The notes beneath the pieces were generated by a model. That model was not told the DNA's origin. It searched no databases and worked only from the letters and a program-made list of their open reading frames with translations. A stretch of DNA of 64,000 nucleotides from Blasia pusilla (taxonomy: Eukaryota), in assembly GCA_050084515.1 (NCBI GenBank), contig CM114271.1:4774001-4838000 (forward strand), written 5' to 3'. The position numbers and the translations under genes were made by a program. This document shows positions 26,690 through 38,194 of this stretch, piece after piece. Every line of letters starts with the position of its first letter. The first letter of the stretch is position 1.

Positions 26690-28458
26690 CAACGTCAATC
26701 TAGTATAGTGTCGTGACGCCCATAGCCACAACATATCACTGGTTTTTGCACTGTGTTGCTTGCGGCCACATTGCCATCTTGATCAGGGAGCCACCTCATG
26801 TTTGAGGATCAAAGCATGTGTTTTCGATATAATAGGGGATTTTTTTTATTTGCATCATGTTATCGAGTGTTGTGTTGTTTATGGCCATTCCATGTTGTCA
26901 TTGTTGTACTGTACCACCTTGACCGCACCGCATCATCGAGGCGGATTGAGTATTTTCATCATTGAGGAGTATGACATGATAATAGAAATATTTTTCTTCA
27001 CGAAAAAGTGGATACCGAGGTTGTAGTTGCCAAGGTGCTACATTGATATTGGTGTAAGATCACTCATTATGGTCTCTTACTTGCACTTGGGAAGGATTTC
27101 TAGGTATTAGATGTTTGTTATAGCATTCGGGTTGTATGGATGTTATGAGCGAAATTTATGTCCGAGTGTAAGAGCCATAGATATGTGTGGGATATATAGG
27201 TTGCTAGTTATTCAAAATTGATAAGAGGATAGATTAGCATAGAGTGTTATTGCAATGTACCGCTTGTTGTCGTATCATACACGTGTCCGAGGGAAGAGTA
27301 TGCATGTTGAGTATTGCTTGTGTTAGTTTTGGGTGACCCAGAGATTACTTGTGGATTTGAGAGTGGTCGTACAAGAAGGCATGAGGGTCATCATGATTTT
27401 CTTTTGAGAGGCAAAGTGATACACCCAAGAGTAGCACTAGAGGATTTATGCATAAATGGTAGAATATATTGAGGGTCTCCATATAAGGGACCACTTCAAC
27501 CTCCTTTTGTATCATCCTCGGACAAAAGAAAGGTCTTAGAGGAGAAGTTTTCCAATGAGTTGCCACGTATGTTGAGTAGTCCTACCATTTGGGCATACGA
27601 GATGGGTGATTAGTACAGAGGGTCGTGTAAGTTTTGAACGATCGTGTGTACTATTGAGTGACACACTTTCATTGCAAATTTTATGATTATGAGTTGGTAT
27701 AACTCACAGAGGGCGAGAAATTATAGAGAGTTCAACCCTTTCATAACATGGAATGGGTTGTTCGAGCACCTAGAGGTGGCGCCCATGTTTGATTACCGTG
27801 ATTTTTCCCTCAAATATTTGCCAAAGATTGACACTTAGAGACTCTTCTTTGATCTACATTATGTGACATGGGTTGAGCCCTTTCAACTTGAGATGAAGGA
27901 GCTAGGGGAGGCTACTTCCTCTGCCACCAATGATCATCATTCAAGAGTGATTCGGAATGGAGAAGTTACACCGTTTAGTTAAGTTGCATGTTGGCCATGT
28001 GAAGGCCAATTGACTGGTAAACACAGAGGTGGTTTGGGCAACCTTCCATTCAAGTTGTTTAATGAAATTATGAGGATCTTGCTGAATTTGGAGGAGCATC
28101 AATCTCATTCTCCAACCCATATTATGGAGAAGGTACTCATTTAGGGTAATTTTTGTTCACAAGTGATAATGAATTTATATTATGTTCTTGCTTGGATAAG
28201 CCCAACAATGTTTTTGGATGCATCAAGCTTAGGTACATAAGCATGTTGATTGTGCCTTTGGTGGACAAAATTGATGCCATATGAGGTTTTGAGGAGGGCC
28301 CCTCCCATTTCTTAGAATCTTGTTGGATCCCATCTTGGATCTTGGACATCAATCATAAGCAATGAGACACGATGAGTGACCTCCGTTGAAGACAATCAGT
28401 AAGGTTGGCATGCAACAAGAAGCCTTTCACTGTATTTATGATTTCTTCCACCTCCTAT
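26690..28458 (+). mobile_element. Old remnant (copy 3) of the DNMT-carrying Gypsy family: leader, Gag N-terminus and DNMT motifs IV-VIII
   Basis: 27690-27885 translates SWYNSQRARNYREFNPFITWNGLFEHLEVAPMFDYRDF...HYVTWVEPF, matching copy 1 Gag. From 27992 it reads WPCEGQ...LFNEIMRIL..LEEHQSHSPTHIMEKV, then WISPTMFLDA...LWWTKLMPYEVLR. It is cut by CACTA at 28459. Confidence 0.85.
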
Positions 28459-29039
28459 CACTAGAAGAAATATTGTGTTTTATGACTCTCATATGACTAG
28501 GTAGAGTCATATTTTGTATGAAATGATTGATAGACTCATATAAACCAAGTCATATACAGGTAATCACTAGAGCTAACCATCTTGGTATATGACTCAAGTT
28601 CTTCATGATTACTTCGTATGTATATATGTGACTTAGAAATTGTAGGATGGCTCATCGGCAATGACTCAATGTTAACACATGGATTTCTTATATTGCAATA
28701 AAATTTATAAATAAGAAAATGACATATGTAATATATGACTTAGTCATTCCAAATAAGTGTCACAATACCAGTCAATTTATCATGCTGACATGGACACCAA
28801 AAGTGCAACCTAATATTGCCATGTGTTGATAGATAGGTTAATGGTTCTTGTTACACGTGGATAAAATGACTTAGTCATAAAACACATTTTCCACATCAGC
28901 ATTGGATGTGTTAAACCTATTGTCTGCTCCCACATATCAATACCACACTTTTTTTTTTATAGTAATGACTTAGTCATTTATCAAACTTAACTCAAATAGT
29001 CATTATTATAACTACTTAAGTAGGAATTATGGTATTGAT

Positions 29040-29235
29040 AGTCATTTGATTCCACAGTATTACTCCATGAGTTGTTATGAGTCATTTGATTCAAAAATAT
29101 TACTCAGTGGGTTGTTACCAGTCATTTGATTCCAAAGTATTATCGGTGGGCTGTTATGAGTCATTTAATTCCAAAGTATTACTCAGTGGGTTGTTATGAG
29201 TCATTTGATTCCAAAAGATTACTCAGTGGGTTGTC
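29040..29235. repeat. CACTA subterminal tandem array, ~5 x 39-40 bp
   Basis: Unit GAGTCATTTGATTCCAAAGTATTACTCAGTGGGTTGTTAT. Confidence 0.9.
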
Positions 29236-30094
29236 AAGAATAGTAATCAATGACTCATATAGTCATTGATATGTAGATGTGTAATGAGGATTGGATGAAT
29301 TTGTAAATTTACACTATGATTCAATCATTTGTTTGAGTAATATTTTTTTCCACCCCTCTACTTAATAACTAATCAAGTCATACAATTACTGAATGCAAGC
29401 ATAACACAAGATATGGAGAGTCATTCCATTAATCATATATACTATGGTAAGCATATCAAAATTATTTGTGCAAAAAGTACAGCAAGAAGTTTATAATTCA
29501 GCATTGAAGAATCTCATGGCTACTAGTAACTCCAGTGAACAAAATAAGAACATGAAAAGTCAGTAAGAAGCAAAGAGAGATTGGGAGAACCAAATAGAAA
29601 TACTCTTATGATGAAGCCCTTGATAACTATATATGTAAATTTTCTGAATAGAAAAGTTCAGCAACCATAAAGACACATCCAATGATTAAACTATGAAGGT
29701 GACAACTATCTGAGGCGATACCTAAGGAAAAGGGAATCTGAAACCAGAAGAGTAAGCATATTGGGTTAAGAAAGAACACATTATAGTCCTTAAACCATGC
29801 ATATATGTTGCAAATCCTATACAAAAAAAAGCAAACATTATTGATATCTTTGTAAGCAAAAAATCATCACAATAGTAAATCTTTGACTATTAAAGAAGTA
29901 GACATGATAAGAATCCAAAAATCCAAAATACTCGTGCATAAACAGAGGAGAACATGCATTCATTATGAATAACAAAAATGTAGTAGAGAATTTAGCATAC
30001 TATATAACAAGAGCAACTGAAAACATCAATTCTGCATAGCAATAATATTCTTGTTGGTGGCTCCCATCTAATGGGAGCACATAAATTTTACTAC

Positions 30095-30350
30095 CTAATG
30101 AACCACTTTCTTCAAATTCAACTCTGGCCAAATGATTGCACTCTCAAGTGTATCCCCAAGTGCATGATGCGGTGGATCATGCACTTGGATCTGTGGCCGT
30201 GTCGTACTTTTAAGGTCTACTCGGACCATACTAGGAGAAATGTCCTTCCCATGGATCTTCTTGCGACCACTCAAGCATGAAATAACACCAGTACCCAAGA
30301 TGTTCCTGCTGAGGTTTGGTTGGGTAAGATGCACCTCGTCCCCACATGCA
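30095..30350 (-). pseudogene. CACTA accessory (Tnp1/TnpA-like) domain fragment
   Basis: VHLTQP...ILGTGVISCLSGRKKIHGKDISPSMVRVDL resembles the En/Spm Tnp1-like domain and lies downstream of the transposase in the same orientation. Confidence 0.55.
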
Positions 30351-31463
30351 ACTGCAAATTTCACAATTACATTGATAATATAGAAGTTAGACAATAAGGT
30401 ATTAAATGATTGAGATACATTTGCAAGTATCAAATTTTCCTGGCTTACCTGGGTGAAGGTCCATTCCTCTATTGGTAAGTTTCTTGAAAATCTCACAATT
30501 ACCACCAAGTTGATTACGGATTATAAGAATATCCCAAGGCATACACGTATGTTTAGGAAAATATACATGATATCTAGTATGTAAAATAAAGCCAACGAAC
30601 ATCAAAACATAAGATCAAAAAATTATTGCTCATGAAAGATTACACGTTTTTTTTTTTGTGATTGGTTCCTCTTAGTTCACCCTCAGTGGTACTTCCAAGC
30701 TTTCCAGCCACATCACTTATTGTATGAATCTTCTTCTTCTTTGGGGAGATGTTGATATCCAAGCTTGGCCAATTTACAAGAATATAAAACAATGATTTCT
30801 ATTCTCTAGAAAAATATACGAAAGAGAAATGAATTTTGTCTAATCTCTATCTCAAAGGAGATTAACCACTCATTATCAGGCTTGAGTAATTCAGTTTATT
30901 CATAGCAAAAAAATGATCACCTCTTGTTCACTCCCTACCGATGGATTTCAAGGACCAAGAAGCATGTACACTTACTTATTTTTGTCTACATATTTCTGAT
31001 CAAGGAGCTTTATAAGTGGAGTGAAATTCAACAATTTTAGACTTATATCATTACCTCCGAAAACCATACTAGAAGCATCATTTAGCTTTTTATTCTCCTC
31101 AACATTCACATCTTCACTACAACACTTCTTTGCACCTTTAAAACTACAAGAAAGATAAGCAAGATATGGTCTTATTTTCTTATGAGAAAAGAATACTCTT
31201 ATTTTCTCAGTCACCCTTTGATATGAACATAAACTCAACAGCAAAGAAAGGTACATTCTTTGATGAAGCATAAGATAACAAACCCACAATGTGAAATGGA
31301 TACTTTCTCCATGGGCCATGGCATATAATTTAAGGTGAAGAACAACATTACCTTCAACCACTTGCACCTTTCTCTTCCTTTTTGGTGAGATCTTCAACTC
31401 ATCTCTTGTCTGAAAACCCATCTTAGCTTTACTTGCAATCACTTCTTTGATACTACTCCCCCT

Positions 31464-31465
<2 letters not shown>

Positions 31466-31527
<62 letters not shown>
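31466..31527. repeat. (AG)n microsatellite, left flank of copy 1
   Basis: Perfect dinucleotide run abutting the element end. Confidence 0.98.
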
Positions 31528-31530
<3 letters not shown>

Positions 31531-31638
31531 CGTGCGCATACACATCACTATCACCGAACACACACACAAACACGCACGATCCCATGCTAACTCATGGCAT
31601 CCAAACAATGAGACAAGAAGTACCAAAATATTTCCAAT
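31528..31638 (-). repeat. Copy 1 short terminal repeat B2
   Basis: TATCGTGCGCATACACATC...AAATATTTCCAAT is duplicated at 32157-32281. Confidence 0.9.
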
Positions 31639-32154
31639 TAAAGTAAGATCCAATCTCTCTCTACACAATCTCACACCATAGCTCTCAAAGGTGTGCACTC
31701 TCTCTCATGTCAAACCAAACCCACTCTCCTAATGAGAGGCTTGGGTTACACTCACAAGGCAAGGGACCATAGCTCCGCCGCCTCATGCCAAGAGGTTCAA
31801 CTAAGAGAGAATGAGCTCTCAAGCTCTCTCTCCTTGGGATATATACCCCTCCCCTCTTCCAAGCTCTCTCCATGGTAACATTTTCTCCCAAGTCACCTCC
31901 TTGGCTCTTGACCTGATGTAGGAGGTCAAGGGCCACTTACCAAAAATATAAAGTCGATCATATACTCAAAATGGTACTTACCTAAAATAGTAAGTTCCTC
32001 AATATGGCTCCAAATGAGCCAAAACGAAGGGGAAACCTGCTCTCTCAGGTTTCCCGGGGCCTCAGCAGGTCATCCTCAACCTCCAAGGCTTGTCCTTCAC
32101 TACTCTTGAAGATTCTCTACTAGATCTCACTGATCTATCCTAAAGGACGTGACA
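31639..32154 (-). repeat. Copy 1 LTR-like long repeat A2
   Basis: TAAAGTAAGATCC...GGACGTGACA is a direct repeat of 41412-41888, with scattered substitutions and one ~40 bp indel. Confidence 0.95.
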
Positions 32155-32156
32155 GC

Positions 32157-32292
32157 TATCGTGCGTATACACATCGCTACACAACATACATTGTCACCGA
32201 ACACACACACAAACACGCATGATCCCATGCTAACTCATGGCACCCAAACAACGAGATAAGAAGTACTAAAATATCTCCAATCGCCCCCCTAG
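32157..32292 (-). repeat. Copy 1 short repeat B1 with adjacent purine tract
   Basis: B1 is 32157-32281. The minus strand reads CTAGGGGGGCG immediately before it (polypurine-tract-like). Confidence 0.85.
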
Positions 32293-32467
32293 CTGGTGGT
32301 TAGGTCCCTCTAACTCCAAATAGCCATCTATCCCTACCTACCATGACATACATCTCTCGGACGCTAAGAGCGAGAAGGCCGGATGCTCATGTGGCCCCAT
32401 CGTTAGTCGCCTTCCTATCATCCATATCAGAGAAAAAGTCGGGATCAAAACCTACCTAGTATCTCCT

Positions 32468-33781
32468 CTATGTACATTTGGGATACATCCATTGTCCTCG
32501 AGGAACCCTAGTGAGAGGTGGTCTCATACATGCCATATGCCAACCTCTCGAACAACTATCACAGACTAGCATCATGGCCGCACCACGGGCAGAACCACAG
32601 AACATACAACGCAAGCCTGTAGGAACTACTGCTAAGCTCGGATCCACTGTACCATCAATGTTAGGAAGGTGACATGGTGCACAATTACGCACATGGTCCT
32701 TCCATACCATACCATCGCGTCCCTCCAGCAAGAGAACACCGGATGGCAAAACGTCACGCACTCTCAAGATAGTGCGCCCTGCAGTCATATCCAACGTCGT
32801 CGGTGAAGTCTGCTGCAAGTAGACATAATCTCCCTGATGAAACCTCCGGATAGTTGGTCGATAACCACCACCCGGAATAGTCGCATACCTCAACGTATCC
32901 CGATGCTGCACAATCGCCAAGTTCTCGAACGCCATGAGCATCACTCTCCGAAACAACTCAACCCTCTGAGAACATGCTCGGATCCATACATCTGGGTCAT
33001 CAAGGTCCACCACCTCACCAGCATCTTGACAAATGGCCGCAGGTAAATCTGGCTCTCGGCCATAAAGTAGCAAGTACGGTGAAAAAGACGCGAAGGATGC
33101 ATGCCTGCTGAATCTGTATCCCATCGCCAACCATGGCAACTGGAGGTCCCAATCTCCTACGTGACCTCTCTGCAAGCCATACTTGCGTAAACCCCTCTTC
33201 ACCGTCTGCACAACTCTCTCCGCTAATCCATCCGCCTCGAGATGATCTTGCAAAGTTGTGCGGTGGTCGATCAGCGCCTGATCACACAAGGCTTGAAACT
33301 CACCGCGAAACTCGATATCCTGGTCTGTCAATACCTTAGCCGGTGCGCCATAATGACTTAGCACTCTGTCAAGGAATGCATAAGCTACTCCCTCACTCAC
33401 TTTGTCAGGCAATGCAACCAACTCGATCCACTTCGAGAAGTGCTCGATCACCACCAACACATAACGATTGTGACGCTCCGTCAAAGGCAAAGGTCTTGCA
33501 AAATCCAAACTCCATATATACCCTAAGCCCATGATCGGAAATGGATGCAACTATGCAGTCAGAGCATTGAACAATGCTCAGACCCGATCACACACCATGC
33601 ACATGGAAACAAACTGCTGAACGTCAGTTTGCATGCCTCGCCACCAATACTGAATCTGGAGCAAGTTGTACCTCCGCTGTAACCTAAAGTGACCCAACTC
33701 CTCATGGGCATGCTGCACTAGTCGTGCTCTCTGCGAAGGATGCGGCACTACGCGTATTCTGCCATCCTCCCAAACCCTCAA
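32468..33781 (-). pseudogene. Copy 1 integrase (HHCC plus DDE core) with C-terminal PHD finger
   Basis: HAHEELGH...CMVC; WSLDF...VLTDQ...LAERVVQTVK. Terminal CMFC...LVCDSC...WHMAC..PPL..VP.G.WM(Y)PKC. Confidence 0.93.
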
Positions 33782-33817
33782 AACATGTGTCCCCTTCCAA
33801 TGGAACCGTCTGGCCCG

Positions 33818-35520
33818 CTATAGGATCCGATCCCGCTCTCTAGCATCCACGATGCTCTCAACGCTGCCAGTACGAAGGTACTCGAAGACTACTCCATTAT
33901 CATGAATATCTCGGCCACTTGTCGTGTTCTCACTGGCCTTGGGATCCAAGGACTCTCCACTAGACCTCGCCATCGAAGTCTCCACACTCTGGCTCTCCAT
34001 AGCCAACATGCCTAAATAGGCTGACGCGTGCCATCCTGGCACCGACTCCTCATCACTCTCTCCATGCCATCGAGCTCCAGTCGCATCTCGGTGACTCGGG
34101 CATGGGTTACGACTCAACCCATCTGCATCATGGTTGAGCATCCCAGGTCTATGTACCACCTGAAAATCATACTCCTGCAACAACAGAGCCCATCTCGCAA
34201 GCTCCCCTGTAAGCTTATCGGACTCCATCAACCACTTCAGTGGTTGATGATCAGTGATGATGGTAAAGGGGTTGCCGAATAAGTAACACCTGAAATGCAC
34301 GACAACCCACACCACAGCCAAGCACTCACCCTCATACGAGCTGTACTTTGCCTCTGCAGCGTTGTTCGAGCGGCTAGCATAAGCCACCACAAACTCTCTA
34401 CCCTCATCATCATGTGGGGTGAGCACCGCTCCAAGCCCCAACATGCTCCAATCTGTGTGCAACAGGAAAGGACGCCTCCGGATCGGTCTCCTCAAGATGG
34501 GCGCAGACGTCAACCTGTCCTTGAGCAACTGAAATGCTCGCTCTTGCTCATCCTCCCAGTGCCACTCATGATCCACCTTGATCAGCAAGGTCAGGGGATT
34601 TGCAATCGAACTGAATCCCTTGACGTACCGCCGATAAAAGTTCACCAATCCCATGAATGTGCGAACACGACTCACATCTATAGGGCGTGGAATGCGTGAG
34701 ATAGCCTCTTCCTTTGTATGTTGAATACCAAGGCCCCGTGGGTATATCGTAGAAGAACTTGCACTTGCCTGGATGTAGCTTCAGCCCATATAATTGCAAT
34801 CGTCAAAACATCTCCTCTAGATGTCGCTCATGCTCCTCAACCGTGGCGCTAAAGACTATGATGTCATCAATATAACACTTAGAAAAATCCAGACCAGCCA
34901 AGATCCTATCCATGACCCTTTGAAACTCAGTCGGGGCGTTCTTTAACCCAAATGGTAAGAACCGCCACTGGTACAAACAATCCTTCCCGTGAGGATCGAT
35001 GCCCCAAAATACCGTCTCCTGCCTGTCCTCCAATATGATAGGCAATTGATGGTATCCGGCTCGCAAATCCAATGAACTGAAGACCTTCGCGTGACCAATC
35101 ACATCAAAGATCTCTTCAGCGGTGGGCATGGCATACCTATCAAACTTTGTGTGTCGATTGATAGGTCGGTAATCCCTACACATCCGTCTATCCATCCAGT
35201 TGTCATGCACATCCTTCTTGGTGGGCATGACAGTGGCAGATGCATACTCCCCATGGGACATCTCCACTAGTCCTGCTCCGATTAAGTCTTGGCTCCTACT
35301 CTGAATCATAGCCCTCTCCATATCACTTTACCTGTAGGGTCGTCGAAAGATCGGCGTGTCACTCGACAACTCAATGCGGATCCCCGGTCCCTCCAGCGTA
35401 CCCAAATCCTCCATGCTAAATGCAAAGCAGCTCTTATAACTTCTGAGGAACTGATGTATCCGGCGCTGCTCTCCTCTTGTCAACTTAGGGCCCATAATTG
35501 GCTCCCAAATCTCCATCGTG
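33818..35520 (-). pseudogene. Copy 1 reverse transcriptase and RNase H
   Basis: RRMCRDYRPIN, SLDLRAGYHQ, LPFGLKNAP, CYIDDII; then LHTDWS..GLGAVL, YSSYEGECLAVVW, ITDHQPLKWL, ADGLSR. Confidence 0.95.
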
Positions 35521-35849
35521 ACTACGGTAGGACTCTTTGGCGCGGGTATCGGTGGTTGCTATGGTGCAAGCCAATCTTGAACAACAACACTCGGCTGCTC
35601 TTGTGTTGCCAACTGCAAATTTTGATCTCCTCCACGTGCAGTGCTCTAAACCACGCTCGATGTTGTGGCTATCATCTCCTGGCGTACCTGCAAAACATCC
35701 CAAGAAGTCCAAGGATGTCTCTCCCGATCTCCCATGGTGTGTCGATCTCCTCAGGTCCCGCCCCCAGCCACTGGCTCCACCGTCTTGGTACGCATGGGGC
35801 TCAGCAACGCAACCATTGTGATGTGTCTCGATCTCATCCGACGCTACTC

Positions 35850-36870
35850 ATCCACTCCCAAGCTGAAGATCCATGTCAAGCACTTTAGGTCCATCGCCTG
35901 ACCCAAGACATGGCGTCGTGATGCCTCTGATACTGACGGGACTGCCGTCACTCCTGTGGGAAATCCCATCGCCCGCTCTCTCTCATCGGCGTCGGGCTCC
36001 ACCAACCTCTGAACCGGGTCATCCCAAACCAAGCCAGGACCGGCCTCCTTGTATGCATAGGAAGCGGGAAAACTCACAAACGTGGGAAAGGCTGCCTGCG
36101 GCCTGCCTACCCTATTGACCACAGTCAGCGATGGTCGATCATGGTGCCTCACTGCTTGTGATCGATGACCTGGATCTATAATGGAATCCACTAATAAATG
36201 GGAGGGGCACTCCACTCTTGCATACACCCCCCGTAACACCGTATGGGGCACCAAGTTGGTCCACCATAGACGCGTGCGATGGGCTCTAGAACCTACACTC
36301 GCCGCATCCAAGAATACTGTTGGGCCGATCCAGGCACGCACCTGATGAGCATTCGTCACCACCCGTGACCTGGAGTCTCCTAAGATAGGCACATTCTCCA
36401 GAATGTAGGCTAGAGAATAAGACTAGTGCTCCTGCAACTACTGTAAGACCCTCAACATCTCCCAAAACAATCTGGACCGAGTGTCAGCCAACCCGCTACC
36501 TCATCCAGCACTTGATTGGCCCTGATATGGCCAACGGCTGATGTATCTGAGCAACCATCCAAGCCTCACATTCGGCGATATGGCCAACCGGAAATGACCA
36601 AATCAATGGTCCCTACCCGCTCTAAGTCATGCGCCCCCAACGACGAAATATCCCTCGGTAGGGAACTCTGGTATCCCTGTACCGCGGACGCAGACAATAA
36701 GTCGCGAAAATGTAGACGTAATTGCGCCACATATTGTAGTGAGACGCGCCTTGCAACATCATCACTCTCCACATACAGGTACTGTTGTACTCGCACTCCT
36801 GCCTGCAAATCAACAGCTAACCCGGTGCTAATCCCTCCAAAGAGATCTAACACTCGAATACCCTCCTCCG
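35850..36870 (-). pseudogene. Copy 1 DNMT3-like C5 cytosine methyltransferase domain
   Basis: Motif I RVLDLFGGISTG (DLFGG at 36833-36847), II YVE, IV GWP(Y)QG.SSAG, VI ILENV (ENV at 36390-36398), VIII DAASVGSRAHRTRLWWTNL, IX ERERAMGFP, X RRHVLGQAM. Confidence 0.92.
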
Positions 36871-37078
36871 GGATACACCACACAATGGGTGTGGTATCCA
36901 AGGGTGTCATCATAGCACTCCCTGCTACCTCGGGTTCCTCAGACCCATCCCGCTCCGATGCAAACGCCTCACTCCACGCGGTTTGCACGTGCTCATCTAC
37001 CAATCGTCGAAGCTTCTCAGTCGAGCCCCACAACGGCACCACTCCTCTACGGAATGATGCAGCTACCATAATACTCCT

Positions 37079-37618
37079 CTACATAGAAATGTCAGGAACG
37101 GGAGTATCCTCTGCATGGACATGTCCCTCAATAAAATCACTAGGCCAAGTGATCGCACTGCTAAATGCTGCTAAGGTCGCGATCTCTCCTGGCCGTTGCT
37201 CGATCACTTCACTTGTGAATCGAACGGGTAATGAACTAAGGCGCCCATCACCTGACTGCCATCCTGGTCTGTAGGACGCTGACTCCTCCCAATAATCCAG
37301 GGCAAACCCCATTGGGTATAACACTGCTCCACCAACCAAGATGTCATAAGACTCTACATCAATCACTATCGCCTTGGCTCGCACCACGGACTCATCTGTA
37401 CGATGTCCCGGGCGAATTCTCACCACGACCTCCTGTCGGGTGATATACTGTGTGGTACTCGCTCCACCCAAGGATGTCTGTATCCGGAATGGACAACACT
37501 CCACATTGGCTCTTGTCAAGCCCAATCCTCTGAATGACGCTTTCCCCAACATCAGGGGTTGCGCCTGAATCAACAAGGCAGCCTGCGGACTAAAAGCTCT
37601 ACCTCCGAGACTCACCAA
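37079..37618 (-). pseudogene. Copy 1 retroviral-type aspartic protease region
   Basis: Degenerate LLDSGAQP (copy 2 reads DSRAQP) and YDILVGG, located between Gag and the DNMT. Confidence 0.7.
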
Positions 37619-38194
37619 CTAGAATACCTCTCCTCGGTTATCCAGCAACACAACACTAGGAGAAGCCATGGCACGCTCTATCGCGGGTCTAGCGGGCATC
37701 TCCACCATCCTAGCAGCCGCAGCCTGCCATGCATCTAACGTGGACGGCCCGAGCATCCGCTCCAAGGGCAGGTCCATCACCTCCTCTGCAATCAACTCTG
37801 AACATGATGCAGGAACTCCAACTCTGCACTCACATAGTGAAGCGGCCAGCCGAAAAGCCTTGGCGGGCGTACCCCCCAATCTCATAACATCGGAAGCAGA
37901 AAATAAAGGAGTGCGGTACACAACGGTGGCCGCCCCCAACAACGTGCTCGACACATGCCCCACCTCAGCATCAACAATAGGAGTCGTCGTAATCGCTTCT
38001 CCCATCACCCTCCGTGCCTGCACACCAACAACATCACCAGCTCTCCAAGGACTCTGATCAAGACCCATCGATGGGGTCCTCATCGCCTCGGACAACGTGA
38101 AAGATTGAGGAAGCCTAGTCTCTTTCGTGGCTTCCCCTCGCTGTGGATCCAACTCTGCGGTTGCTCCACGCGTCACAACTGCGGCGGCCTCCAT

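Noticed and set aside
29040-29235. CRISPR-like array
   Set aside because: Head-to-tail units without spacers, in a CACTA subterminal region of a eukaryotic genome.
35850-36870. The DNMT as a host gene or bacterial contaminant
   Set aside because: It has no introns, is in frame with pol, and is embedded in three related retroelement copies.
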